DNA of 64,000 nucleotides from an uncultured SAR86 cluster bacterium (lineage in GTDB: Bacteria > Pseudomonadota > Gammaproteobacteria > Magnimaribacterales > D2472): the NCBI GenBank assembly GCA_902558395.1, contig CACEDS010000002.1, forward strand, positions 9,662-73,661, read 5' to 3'. A program made the translations under genes and the position numbers. Numbering within the stretch: the first letter of the stretch is position 1; the number at the start of each line of letters is the position of its first letter. The notes under the pieces are model-generated. The model searched no databases and was not told where the DNA came from. It saw only the letters and a list, made by a program, of their open reading frames with translations. Shown here piece after piece: positions 8,580 through 18,952 of the stretch.

Positions 8580-9665
8580 TTAATTATCTGAGGTTTGTAA
8601 TGATTTAATTTCACTTATTATCTCTTCAACAGATTCTGGAAAATGAATAGTTTTTGTTGCAGCCCTCTTTAATGTATTTTTAATAGACCTGTTTACTATT
8701 TTTTCAGCACTCTTATTAATTTTTATTGCTTTTGCGAAAGAAATAATTTTAAAGCTGTCATTATACGCCATTCCTGATGAAGTAAAACCTATGCCTGATA
8801 CTAAATTAGGATGATTATAAAAAAATTGTATCGGAATGTGATGAGGTAAAACTTTAAAGCCATATCTAATATACTTTTTTTCTAATGATTTTTTATAATT
8901 TCTAGGCTTAAATTTAAGATAAACCTCAAGATTGATTGAGTTGGCTTTACGAACTAAATTTCTTATGAAGTTCCAATATTCATCTCTTGATACAATGTCA
9001 TTACCAAATAAATCCTTCTCAATAAATATAATTCCAGCATCCCTTATTTCATAGATGTTTTGATAATTTTCAATAATTGCATTATCAATCTCTATTTTTC
9101 CTAAGGTTTGGGTTTTGAAATTATTATTTCTATAAAACTTATCGGAGATACCAATAAGTGGAGATTTTCTATTTATAATTGGATTTGTGTATTTAAGAGA
9201 TAAATTTTTTCCAATTAATAATCTGTGGAAAAAATAATATATAAAATCTTGAAATGAAGATGGTTTTTTATCTTTAATGATAAATTGTTGTTCTTCATAG
9301 CTAACCAAATGTATTTTGTTTAGCGACTTAATTTTTTTTAATTGAATTAGGCCTATATCCCCCCAATCTTTAAAAGTAACAATTAAATTTTTGCATGAAA
9401 AATTTTTTACAAGCAATCTTAAAAAAAATAAATGAAAAGGATAATAAAGCTTCTTAACACTCGAATATAAAAGATTATAGTTGCCGAATCTTAAAACTTT
9501 TATATTAACTTTTTTATGAAACAATTCTTTTAAAAAATTTTCAAGCGACTTGTTACCAATTACAATTATTAGGGACATCGCATCCTCAGCATATATCCTA
9601 TTAATAATAGAATTAACTGCTGGATAAGACTGCACAAGATATATATTTTCGTATTTAATTTTCAT
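8580..9665 (-). CDS. Hypothetical protein, possible ulosonate (sialyl/Kdo-type) glycosyltransferase
   Basis: Soluble, Lys-rich, directly after wzx; C-terminal YLKFKPR and GIGFTSSG loosely resemble nucleotide-binding loops of bacterial sialyltransferase-like GT-B proteins. Confidence 0.4.
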   Translation of the reverse strand: MKIKYENIYLVQSYPAVNSIINRIYAEDAMSLIIVIGNKSLENFLKELFHKKVNIKVLRFGNYNLLYSSVKKLYYPFHLFFLRLLVKNFSCKNLIVTFKDWGDIGLIQLKKIKSLNKIHLVSYEEQQFIIKDKKPSSFQDFIYYFFHRLLIGKNLSLKYTNPIINRKSPLIGISDKFYRNNNFKTQTLGKIEIDNAIIENYQNIYEIRDAGIIFIEKDLFGNDIVSRDEYWNFIRNLVRKANSINLEVYLKFKPRNYKKSLEKKYIRYGFKVLPHHIPIQFFYNHPNLVSGIGFTSSGMAYNDSFKIISFAKAIKINKSAEKIVNRSIKNTLKRAATKTIHFPESVEEIISEIKSLQTSDN

Positions 9666-10839
9666 AGACTTTATATCTGTAAAATCTAATGTAGGTAGCT
9701 ATATATAAAAGGGAAGCACAAATAACAAAAAATAAAATTAATAAAATTAAAGAGGCTATATCAACAGAGTAAAACAGGCCTACTGGCGTAAATATTAATA
9801 TTAGAAAAATATTTAATATTAATATTGTTTTTTCTTTTTTGTGTCTCATAAATACGCCCATTAAGATTAATTGAGGTAACTGAAATAATAAAATTAAAGG
9901 GGTCATAAAAATTATGTCTGATGCCCCTACTAAATCTTTACCAAAAATATAATTTAGAATGGGTCCACCAAGATAATATAATATCAAAGATGAAGCTATA
10001 ATTGACGTCATTAATATGATAAATGAGAAGCTGTAATTATTTCTTAATTCAGCAAATTTTATATTTATGTCGTATAAATCTCTTGTCAATGAAAGGGAGA
10101 TGCCTGAGTATATCATTGTAAAAATTGTAAGAAATTGCAGAGCTATATTAAGGTAAGCTGCGTCTGTATAAGACAAAGTATATGCAGATATAATTATTGA
10201 GCCTCTTCTTATGGCAATTGCAATTAAACCATTGCCTGATGCATAAACAGAATTTATAAAATCTTGAAATGATGGTTTTTCTATATTTATAGAAAATGAT
10301 GCTAGTCTTTTTGCCAAGTAAATATTTAATAGCAAAGTAAAAAATGAAAGAAGGAAGTATGTTACGGCAAGAAATGTAATTGATAAATTTGTTTCTATAA
10401 ATGTTAAATACAGCAGAATGCATAATATTAAAAGCAACGGTTTTAAACATTCCAGTAAATTAAAGACAAAATACTGTTTATGTTGATTTAGTCTTACTCT
10501 AGCAAATGATGATATTTGATCTGACACTACAGCTAATAGAATAAATATTGCAAGACCGCTTTGAACTATTATTAAACCTAAAAAAATTACAGGTAAACAT
10601 ATAAGCTTTAAAGTAAATAAATTATCAAATCTTTTATCGTCAGCTAATGCTGATCTCAAAGCAATTTTAACAACTCCCGGTATTGATAAAATAGCAGCTA
10701 ATTCAAAAGTAGAAATTGCAGATATATACCAACCATAATCAGATAAATTGATATTTCTAACTATTAAAATCATACTAAAAAATTGAGCGATTCCTTTAAT
10801 GAACCTCCACCCAACATTCTGAAGAATAGTTGTAAGCAT
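9655..10839 (-). CDS. wzx: O-unit flippase
   Basis: 394 aa, roughly 12 hydrophobic segments; RFIKGIAQFFSMILIVRNINLSDYGWY opening typical of Wzx. Confidence 0.8.
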   Translation of the reverse strand: MLTTILQNVGWRFIKGIAQFFSMILIVRNINLSDYGWYISAISTFELAAILSIPGVVKIALRSALADDKRFDNLFTLKLICLPVIFLGLIIVQSGLAIFILLAVVSDQISSFARVRLNQHKQYFVFNLLECLKPLLLILCILLYLTFIETNLSITFLAVTYFLLSFFTLLLNIYLAKRLASFSINIEKPSFQDFINSVYASGNGLIAIAIRRGSIIISAYTLSYTDAAYLNIALQFLTIFTMIYSGISLSLTRDLYDINIKFAELRNNYSFSFIILMTSIIASSLILYYLGGPILNYIFGKDLVGASDIIFMTPLILLFQLPQLILMGVFMRHKKEKTILILNIFLILIFTPVGLFYSVDIASLILLILFFVICASLLYIATYIRFYRYKVYEN

Positions 10840-10844
10840 TTTAT

Positions 10845-12131
10845 TTATATTGAATTGATTTCCATCTTAAGAAAATTATTAGAAACTTGTCCAATTGGTT
10901 CAGGAAAACTGTCTTTGATATGAACAAAATGATTTGTATCTAATAGTACAAATCCAGGCAACCTAAAAAATAAAAATTTACTTGTAAATACAGTATTTAA
11001 ATTAGAAAAGTTTACGGATTTTAGTTGTCCCTGTTCCTCATTAAAAACCGTGCCTTTGATTAATTTACAAGCAATAACTGTATTAAAAGAATGAACATAT
11101 TTGCTATACAAAGCAATACTCATAAAGTCACTAGTCCATATTTTTTTGTTAGGATTAAGCAGAAATACATCATCATGCAAAGTTAGAACACTCCTAACAT
11201 TAGGGCATTTTTGTAAACTGCTTATTAATGTTTCTGATGACTCTTCTCTTGGTAAAATTTTTAACTTTTTAAATCTATTAAGTTCAAGATTTTGTAAAAT
11301 TTTACTACTTGTTGATATGTAAACAGTCTTTATGGGTTTACATTTTTCTATATATTCTAATTGCATCTCAATACTCTGTAGGTGATTAGCACTCTCATCA
11401 ATATAATCATTGGTTAAATTATGTTCGCCATATCCAATAATTACACACGAGTTAGATTTATAGTTTTTCTCATGAAAAAAACACTCATAGGCCCTTCTCC
11501 TTCCTAAGAAGAGTTTGTCTTCGTGATTTGAAAGATTACCTTCGTGTCTCCTGTAATGGAATATAAATTCTTCTATTGTAGGACTTTTCCATTTTTCTGA
11601 AATTTTAAGCCAAGTATATAGGCCGTCTTGTGAAAAAATTTTATTTTCTTTAAATCTGATTTTTTTAATAGCATCGGTTCTAAATAATGTGCAGGCACCG
11701 TGAAATGCAGACTTAGCATATGATTCCTCTAGGATCATCTTATTTAAAATTTTATTCTTGCGGTCAATCTCTATCCAACTTCCCGAAACCGAGCCATAAC
11801 TTTCATCTTGATTTATTTTCGTCTTAAGGAGATTAATTGCTTTTTGAGTTAGCACATCATCAGCATCTACCCTCATAATATACTTATACTTACTACAAAA
11901 TTTTATATACACCCAGTCAATGATTTCTGTGAGAATTAATTTTTTATTATAAAAATGAATTTTTTTTTCTTTAGAGTAATTTTTTAAGTATTCATATGAA
12001 CCATCTGTTGACCCTGAGTCAATAAGGATAACATCTGTTTCATTGTCTAGTTGACTAAAAATACTGTTCAAACAATCTTTTAAAAATTTTCTATGATTGT
12101 GAGCAACTACGTAGATTAATGTATCTTTCAT
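10845..12131 (-). CDS. GT2 glycosyltransferase fused to a degenerate NeuA-like C-terminal domain
   Basis: N-terminal ILIDSGSTDGS and MRVDADD (DxD); C-terminal VYISTSS...ILPREE resembles the NeuA VSTD...RP scaffold. Confidence 0.75.
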   Translation of the reverse strand: MKDTLIYVVAHNHRKFLKDCLNSIFSQLDNETDVILIDSGSTDGSYEYLKNYSKEKKIHFYNKKLILTEIIDWVYIKFCSKYKYIMRVDADDVLTQKAINLLKTKINQDESYGSVSGSWIEIDRKNKILNKMILEESYAKSAFHGACTLFRTDAIKKIRFKENKIFSQDGLYTWLKISEKWKSPTIEEFIFHYRRHEGNLSNHEDKLFLGRRRAYECFFHEKNYKSNSCVIIGYGEHNLTNDYIDESANHLQSIEMQLEYIEKCKPIKTVYISTSSKILQNLELNRFKKLKILPREESSETLISSLQKCPNVRSVLTLHDDVFLLNPNKKIWTSDFMSIALYSKYVHSFNTVIACKLIKGTVFNEEQGQLKSVNFSNLNTVFTSKFLFFRLPGFVLLDTNHFVHIKDSFPEPIGQVSNNFLKMEINSI

Positions 12132-12155
12132 GATAATTTTAAAGGTTGTAAATAC

Positions 12156-13385
12156 CTAAGAGTGATAACTTTTTTTACCTCTTTCATTAACATATCTAAT
12201 TGAAATAGTTTGGATAATTATACATAAAGTCCATGCAGTTAAATTAAAAAATCCAGATTGTAGGCATATATAAGTAAGACTTAGGATTAAAATAACACAA
12301 AAGCAATTTCTACTGTTTTTATCTTGAATTAAAAAAAGCTTATTAAAAATATTTAAAAAATAATAATAAATTAATAAAATTATAATTGGGCTAAATAATC
12401 CATATTCTGCAAGAACTTTAGTTATCCCAGTTCCTCCAAATAAATTATCAACATCAAACATATATGGTGAATAACTAAGCATACCCATTCCAATTGGAAC
12501 TGTTAAAAAATTATCCACAAGATGATTCATTGATAGTGCCCATGGATATAACCTTACAAACAAAGATGATCCTTCCAAGGTGAAGTCTGTAACAGAACGT
12601 AATGATAATAAATTCAAAAATGAGAAATAGTCTAAGAAAAAACCAACAATAGGTGTTATTAATATAATTGAAAAAATATATATTTTTAATAATCTTAGAT
12701 TATTTAAATATAAGATTACCAGCATGGCGATAATCGAGATTGCAAATGGATAAAAAGCATTTGATTTAGATGCAAAATAAATAAAAATAAGGGCTATGCT
12801 TAGTTTAATTAAAGTAAGTTTTTTATAAAAAGAATATATAAAAAACCCGACTAATACAGTGTAAGTAAAATTCACTAGTTCGAAATGGAACCCTCCAAAC
12901 CTTGATCCGCCGTCATAAATTACGAACTCAGGTATGGGATTAAAAGGATATAAGAGCAGACTTATAAATAATGATGCAAATAAAATAATAGTAAATCTGC
13001 TCAAAAGTTTTAATGATTGTTCAATACTGATTCTTTCTGCCAAAACGATGATTAAATAAATAAAAATTAGTTTAGGTAAGCTATAGGAGAAAATAACCAT
13101 TATTCCATCAGTTGCATTAATTGTGCCGGTCAAAATAGATGTAATATTTAAAACTATCCCAAAAGCAATTAACAACAAAAGAGCTTTGTTAAAAAAAATT
13201 CTTGGTATATATAATTTTTTCTCTTGCCATAGCCATAAAAAAAATATGGCACTAACTAGTAATGATAAATAAATGCTTCCCGTATCTTCCCCTAAATTAA
13301 ATAATTGAGGGAAGTTTCCAAAAGGAAGCATTAATAAAAAAAACAATAGTAGATTTTCTAACTTAAATTTCTTTATTTGTTCCAT
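12156..13385 (-). CDS. wzy: O-antigen polymerase
   Basis: 409 aa, about 11 hydrophobic segments, RFGGFHFE loop and late periplasmic loop EGSSLFVRL...GMG; located among GTs with wzx and wzz. Confidence 0.75.
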   Translation of the reverse strand: MEQIKKFKLENLLLFFLLMLPFGNFPQLFNLGEDTGSIYLSLLVSAIFFLWLWQEKKLYIPRIFFNKALLLLIAFGIVLNITSILTGTINATDGIMVIFSYSLPKLIFIYLIIVLAERISIEQSLKLLSRFTIILFASLFISLLLYPFNPIPEFVIYDGGSRFGGFHFELVNFTYTVLVGFFIYSFYKKLTLIKLSIALIFIYFASKSNAFYPFAISIIAMLVILYLNNLRLLKIYIFSIILITPIVGFFLDYFSFLNLLSLRSVTDFTLEGSSLFVRLYPWALSMNHLVDNFLTVPIGMGMLSYSPYMFDVDNLFGGTGITKVLAEYGLFSPIIILLIYYYFLNIFNKLFLIQDKNSRNCFCVILILSLTYICLQSGFFNLTAWTLCIIIQTISIRYVNERGKKSYHS

Positions 13386-14236
13386 ATAAATTTTATTAAA
13401 AATGGAAAGTTATATAAGATTGATTTAATCAAGAGTCGAGGATGTTTTATTAGCTTAATTATATTAAATAAATTCTTTCTTAAAAGAACATCGCTATAGT
13501 ATTTTATATTAGCACTAGGTTTGAATTTGAAGGGATGCTCGTTATTGCTAAGATAGTCATAGTAGCTTCTGAATCTGTTGCCCATTCTTATTCTTTTACT
13601 ATGATTGAAGTTCGAGTGTGATCCATAAAATTGATTTGAATGTTGTCTATAAACGTAAAATGATTTATTTTTATACTGCAAATCTTTTGCTTTGCTAGCA
13701 ATAAAATTTATCCATAAATCTTCAAATGGTAAACTTACTGGTATAGGAAAATATTCCTCTATATAAGACCTTTTAAATATAAACATTGCTTTTGGTATTG
13801 AGCGAAAATCATTTCGTATTAGTTCGGGTGTTTTTGCTAACCAATTACCAATTGTTACATATTTCTTTTCCACCTTTTTAAGTTCATGATAATCATGATA
13901 CAAGCACTCAAATTTTTCTGGAAGAATTGAGAAATCGCCGCAAATCATATCATCTCCATCAATAAACTTTACATAATTTTTTGTACAAAGTTTAAGAGCT
14001 TCGTTAGTTCCAGAAACTTTTCCAGGAAATGGATTTCTTATAATGTTGATATTGGGATTTTTGTCTTTATAGCTTTTTAGAAGCTCAAAAGTATTATCTT
14101 TAGAAAAATCATCAACAAAAATCAGTTCATAATCTTTAAGAGAGGTTGAGATCTTTTCTACTGAATTAATTAATTCATTAATATATTCTTCTTCATCCTT
14201 TAAAACACAGCAAAAACTTATAGAACTGAGCGTCAT
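13373..14236 (-). CDS. Glycosyltransferase family 2
   Basis: LIFVDDFSKDNT, YVKFIDGDD (DxD), FEDLW, YRQHSNQ. Confidence 0.88.
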   Translation of the reverse strand: MTLSSISFCCVLKDEEEYINELINSVEKISTSLKDYELIFVDDFSKDNTFELLKSYKDKNPNINIIRNPFPGKVSGTNEALKLCTKNYVKFIDGDDMICGDFSILPEKFECLYHDYHELKKVEKKYVTIGNWLAKTPELIRNDFRSIPKAMFIFKRSYIEEYFPIPVSLPFEDLWINFIASKAKDLQYKNKSFYVYRQHSNQFYGSHSNFNHSKRIRMGNRFRSYYDYLSNNEHPFKFKPSANIKYYSDVLLRKNLFNIIKLIKHPRLLIKSILYNFPFLIKFIWNK

Positions 14237-15393
14237 AAAGAATCTAGTGCAATTAATTCTTTGTTTGTATCAAACTTTGTACTAAATTTTGTGAAGATTA
14301 CATCTGTATTTTCAATTAAGTCATTTAGACTCTCTTCTATGTGAAACTTACTTTCTAAAACTTTACTCAATTCTTCATTGGTAATACTGTCATCAAATAT
14401 GTGAATTTCTTTTCCATTAATTCTTTTAATTAATCGTATAAGGTAACTATTTCTAATATCCCCAGATCCTTCCTTAAATTCAAGTCCATAAAAACCGATA
14501 GTTGAGTATTTTGAGTTTTCAATTTTTTTTATTATTAAATCTATTTGTTTTTCATTACTTATATCAATTTGTTTAAGGATTGAAGACTCTCTAATGTCTT
14601 CTGACAACATAGAGCTTAAAGCCAAAGTATCTTTCTTTAAACATGGTCCGCTGTATGGCTCACCTGGGAATAAATATTTTGATGAGATATTTAGTTTTGT
14701 ATCTGAGCAAAAAATTTTCATAACTTTTTTAATATCTATCTGGTCTTTATATTTCAAATACTGCAATTCATTAGCAAAAGTTACTTTAAGTGCATGAAAA
14801 GCATTGCTAGAAATCTTAACTGTAATTGCTTCAGCGTAATTACATTGATGAACATTAAAGTGTTTAACAAGTTCATTGTAAAAATTAGTGTTTTCAACAT
14901 CATTTCCAGCAAGAATAGTAAACGCAGGATTTAAAAAATCTTTCCAACAATTGGCTTCTCTCATAAATTCTGGAAAAAGAAATAACTTATTATTTGAATT
15001 GATAACAATCTTATTTAATTTGTTAATCTCATTTGGATCATCGAGTGTTGACCGCAGCCATATGTTCATGCCCTTTCTAGTTTCGCAGATTTCATATAAC
15101 GCTTTTTTTACAACACTTAAGTCTAAGCTTGATTTGATTAATGGTGTCTCAACACATACCAATATGTCTCTGATATCACTATCAATTTCTGAAATGCTAG
15201 ATAAAAAATCTAAGTTGTCACTTTTAGAAAATTTTTCTTGGAGATCTTTGTCAAAAAAAGGGATTTTACCTTTTTTAAACCCAGTTAATTTTTTATCATT
15301 TTTTTCGACACCTATAACATCCATACCCAAGTGAGCAAAACCTAACAATGATGTTGTGCCAACAAAGCCCAAACCTACCACAGCAATTTTCAT
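14233..15393 (-). CDS. UDP-glucose/GDP-mannose 6-dehydrogenase family protein
   Basis: MKIAVVGLGFVG, CVETP, PEFMRE, KISSNAFHALKVTFANE, catalytic YSGPCLKKD, GLEFKEGSGDIRNS. Confidence 0.88.
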   Translation of the reverse strand: MKIAVVGLGFVGTTSLLGFAHLGMDVIGVEKNDKKLTGFKKGKIPFFDKDLQEKFSKSDNLDFLSSISEIDSDIRDILVCVETPLIKSSLDLSVVKKALYEICETRKGMNIWLRSTLDDPNEINKLNKIVINSNNKLFLFPEFMREANCWKDFLNPAFTILAGNDVENTNFYNELVKHFNVHQCNYAEAITVKISSNAFHALKVTFANELQYLKYKDQIDIKKVMKIFCSDTKLNISSKYLFPGEPYSGPCLKKDTLALSSMLSEDIRESSILKQIDISNEKQIDLIIKKIENSKYSTIGFYGLEFKEGSGDIRNSYLIRLIKRINGKEIHIFDDSITNEELSKVLESKFHIEESLNDLIENTDVIFTKFSTKFDTNKELIALDSL

Positions 15394-17438
15394 ATTTTTT
15401 CTCTTAAAAGAATCTTAGTCACTTGAAGATCTAAATTTGTCATATATCTTAATAAACTCTCATTATTATCTTTTATGATCTGATTTATTTCATTCCACAT
15501 TGACTCAAAACCTTTATCGAATTCATTGATCAATGTTTGCCTTTTTGAGTTAGATATTATGTCAGTCTTAATAAAATCAAATGTTTCTATTGTTTTATTT
15601 CCAAAACTAATTTTAATTTTTTCCTTACTTCCCTCAGCATCACCAATGGAAGTGTATCTTATAAAACAACTTGAACCATTTTTAAAAGAAATTAATATAC
15701 TTGAATTCTCTCGATTAAAAAAATTATTTGAAGTTTCATTGTCAGAATAAGTAATTGAGTAAGGTTCACCAAAAAGAAAAAGTGATAGATCAACATGATG
15801 ACACATTTCACCTATCAGTCTTCCTCCCTCTTTATAAATCGGTGTATTTTTATCTTTTTTTGGAACTTGAAATAGAAAATCAGCATGAACTGGTCCATCA
15901 TGATTAAGTAAATACTTCTTTATAGTCTTAATATGTTTTGAATACCTTCTACTCATAAAGCAAAAGAAGTCTGAATTTGATGAATCTTTTTTGGATATGA
16001 TTTGTTCCAACTCTGAAGTATTTATACATAATGGCTTGTCAACAATGCATAACTTATTGTGTTCCATCATTTCTAGTAAATCTGATGCATGAGAGCCATG
16101 ATTAGAAGATATTACAACCGTTCCAACTATATTGGTTGAAAGTTCTGATTTTGAAATAGTTTTAATTGAATCAGTAATAATTGGTGTTCTATTACAAACA
16201 CCAATAAAATTTAGTTCATTGTTTTTATGTATATTGGGTATGTGAGCCTCTTTACTAAAGTCTGAGTAACCTATCAGAGCGATATTTTCTCTTTCAGCTT
16301 CTTCAAATATTTTATTTTCTGTCCTGTCTAGCCCTATTTTTTCATTCTCATAATTATCCATAGACCAGTCCAATATAGTGCTATAAGACCTTTTGTTTTC
16401 AAGAGCTTCAAGTAACAAATCATTTGTGGTATCAGAAACTTTAAAACAATCAATAAAATCTGTTGAAACTTTTTTAGATTGGAGTAATTCTATAAAAGTA
16501 GCTATATTAGACCTGATATCCCATGTTTTTGAGATAACCGGAAAATCTTGATGCATAACTTCAAAATCATACAGACCTCTTCCAGGGCCATAGCTATGTG
16601 GCGATCTAAAATTTAAATGTTTTTTATAAAAAATATCGCGAGGACAATTTAAATCCGCAGCACCTATCATTAAGACATCAGCGTTAGTTTTAGCAGCATC
16701 ACCTATAGATGTCCATAAGTCTTCATCAATATGAGGTATAGCAATGTAGATAGAATCAAATTTTTCACTTAAATCATTATTTTTGAATTCTGTGGAATTC
16801 ATACAAGCTTTAGCTCCATGTATTTTTGATGCTTTAAATCTCCATTCTTCTATATCTACACAAGTAATTTTTGAACCTGATGCGGCTAAAAACTGAATCA
16901 AAAATTGTCCAAGTAAGCCACAACCAATGACCAAGGCATTGGAACCAAGTAAAGGATTGGCTATTTGAACACTATTAAGAGCAATGCAAGCTATTGCAGA
17001 GCAGCTTGCATAAAGTGGATTTACATCATGTTTTATTGGCACACAAAGACCTTTTGGAACTACAGAAAATTGACCATGATTTGCCGATTGACCAACTATA
17101 ACAACAGTGTCGTTGACCTTAACATTATCTACATTCTTACCCACTGCAATTACTTCACCTGATGCAGAATAACCCATATTAATTACAGAAGATTTTTGTG
17201 AATTAAATTTCTTTAGCAGCTGTGAGAAATCACCTTGTAGGAATAATTCCGAAATCTTATCTTTATTGTCTATCACTTTTTTAATCAAAGATTTCTGATG
17301 ATTCTGTGATGTGCTTGATTCTGTACCTTTTGAGTAGCAGCTAGCAATAGTTCTGATAATAACATCGTCTTTACCCAAATTTGGTAAAGAATGTTCTGCT
17401 AGTTTTAGACCATCTGATTTAGAAATTAGTTTAAGCAT
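15390..17438 (-). CDS. Bi-domain oxidoreductase (MDR/ADH-like + Gfo/Idh/MocA)
   Basis: SKGTE, GYSASGEV, VIGCGLLG, SYGPGR in domain 1; DKPLC and GGRLIGEMCHHVD in domain 2; start set at the second ATG (track start 17453). Confidence 0.85.
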   Translation of the reverse strand: MLKLISKSDGLKLAEHSLPNLGKDDVIIRTIASCYSKGTESSTSQNHQKSLIKKVIDNKDKISELFLQGDFSQLLKKFNSQKSSVINMGYSASGEVIAVGKNVDNVKVNDTVVIVGQSANHGQFSVVPKGLCVPIKHDVNPLYASCSAIACIALNSVQIANPLLGSNALVIGCGLLGQFLIQFLAASGSKITCVDIEEWRFKASKIHGAKACMNSTEFKNNDLSEKFDSIYIAIPHIDEDLWTSIGDAAKTNADVLMIGAADLNCPRDIFYKKHLNFRSPHSYGPGRGLYDFEVMHQDFPVISKTWDIRSNIATFIELLQSKKVSTDFIDCFKVSDTTNDLLLEALENKRSYSTILDWSMDNYENEKIGLDRTENKIFEEAERENIALIGYSDFSKEAHIPNIHKNNELNFIGVCNRTPIITDSIKTISKSELSTNIVGTVVISSNHGSHASDLLEMMEHNKLCIVDKPLCINTSELEQIISKKDSSNSDFFCFMSRRYSKHIKTIKKYLLNHDGPVHADFLFQVPKKDKNTPIYKEGGRLIGEMCHHVDLSLFLFGEPYSITYSDNETSNNFFNRENSSILISFKNGSSCFIRYTSIGDAEGSKEKIKISFGNKTIETFDFIKTDIISNSKRQTLINEFDKGFESMWNEINQIIKDNNESLLRYMTNLDLQVTKILLREKI

Positions 17439-18952
17439 TTTTCTATTTCCCAACTTAAATTTATTTTATCAAAGCTATTAAAATGTAAATGTAAAGAATG
17501 AGTGTCCATTGAGTTTGAATATGATTTTGCAGCAATGCTTTTGTCTATATTATAAATGAAATCATGATTAGATGATAAGCTCAATAAGATACCATTTGAC
17601 TCAAAAATTTTTAGCCTAGGCATGTCTTGTTTTATATTTAAATTCGATTTAAAAAATAATGTAATTTTTGAATCTCCTTTAAATTTAAATTCATCACAAA
17701 TTTGCAGAGTATCAGAGGATACTGACCTTTTCCAATATATATCATTGTAGCTATAGGATAAAGTGACAACATTATTGTCAGTTTTATGAACAAAAGATCC
17801 TTTAAATGATTTTACAAAGTTTTCATGCTTAACCATAGAATTGGCGGATTGTGCAAAAGGAGCATTATGATATTTTGCATCATCATATCTTTTTTCTTTA
17901 TCTGCATAACTTAATGTTCCCGGATCAATAACTATTGGCTGGCCATTATTATAAATATTAAAGTGGCCATAATCATCATGATAGTGACCTAGCGTTCCAT
18001 AGTTATATATCTTTCTGTGATTTAAAACTAAATTAATTGGGCCTTTATGAAAAGAGGATATATTTTCATTCCATAGGCTTTCTGATACTGCTAGAGGTTC
18101 AGTAAATAACTCATTGACATCATTTGTAACTTTTAAATTTGGTAGATATCTAGTTCCATCAATATCTCCAAAATTTAAGTTTGTTATATTTGATTGGTTT
18201 GAGTTTATTGCTTGCAGTGACCTATAAAGATTTGGATAACTTTTTATTATTCTATTATCACCTATTAAAAAAGAAACCTTACTTAATCCCTCAGATACTG
18301 AAAAGGAATAAAAAGATGAACCTTCCATCAAAAAACCATCTTTCGAAAATTTTGAATTTATGTATTTATAAAAACTATTTAAGGTTGATGGTTTTAATTT
18401 TTTATAAAAAAATTTGAATAAAGTTTGAAAAAATAAGCAAAAAATAAAATGGTTATTGCTCTCATCTCGCAAAAGAAATTTTTTTCTTTTAAAGAACATA
18501 TCAGGACATAATATGTTGAGAAAATATGTTCGTTTAAGAAACTTGAATAGCATGTTTTTGTCTTGTGTTGACAAAAGTGTTTCTTTATCTTGAATAAACA
18601 TTAATATATTAGAAGCCCTTAGAGAACATTCCATCATGTTCTCAAAGAGAATATCATCATAAAAACGTATTTGAGAAAACCAATATCTTAATGAATTTAA
18701 CTGCTCAGATGCACCGATTTTAGAATGATTCAGAAAATCTAACCTATGAAATTCCCATAGTTTTCTTTTATCTTTATCTTTAAGATATTCCTCATAAGCA
18801 TTATCAAGAGTTTGACGTAATGCAGAATCATTAACATCTATTCTGATTTGTCTATGTGAATAAACAAGCTTTATTATCTTTGGTCTTAAATCTATCTTAA
18901 ATAATTTCCTAAAAGAGATATGAAAAAAAAATATTAATTGATATGTAAACAT
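17426..18952 (-). CDS. Heparinase II/III-like protein
   Basis: GFLMEGSSFY, GDIDG, HYHDDYGHF...IVIDPGTLSY, HNAP match the C-terminal heparinase II/III-like domain. Confidence 0.72.
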   Translation of the reverse strand: MFTYQLIFFFHISFRKLFKIDLRPKIIKLVYSHRQIRIDVNDSALRQTLDNAYEEYLKDKDKRKLWEFHRLDFLNHSKIGASEQLNSLRYWFSQIRFYDDILFENMMECSLRASNILMFIQDKETLLSTQDKNMLFKFLKRTYFLNILCPDMFFKRKKFLLRDESNNHFIFCLFFQTLFKFFYKKLKPSTLNSFYKYINSKFSKDGFLMEGSSFYSFSVSEGLSKVSFLIGDNRIIKSYPNLYRSLQAINSNQSNITNLNFGDIDGTRYLPNLKVTNDVNELFTEPLAVSESLWNENISSFHKGPINLVLNHRKIYNYGTLGHYHDDYGHFNIYNNGQPIVIDPGTLSYADKEKRYDDAKYHNAPFAQSANSMVKHENFVKSFKGSFVHKTDNNVVTLSYSYNDIYWKRSVSSDTLQICDEFKFKGDSKITLFFKSNLNIKQDMPRLKIFESNGILLSLSSNHDFIYNIDKSIAAKSYSNSMDTHSLHLHFNSFDKINLSWEIEKCLN

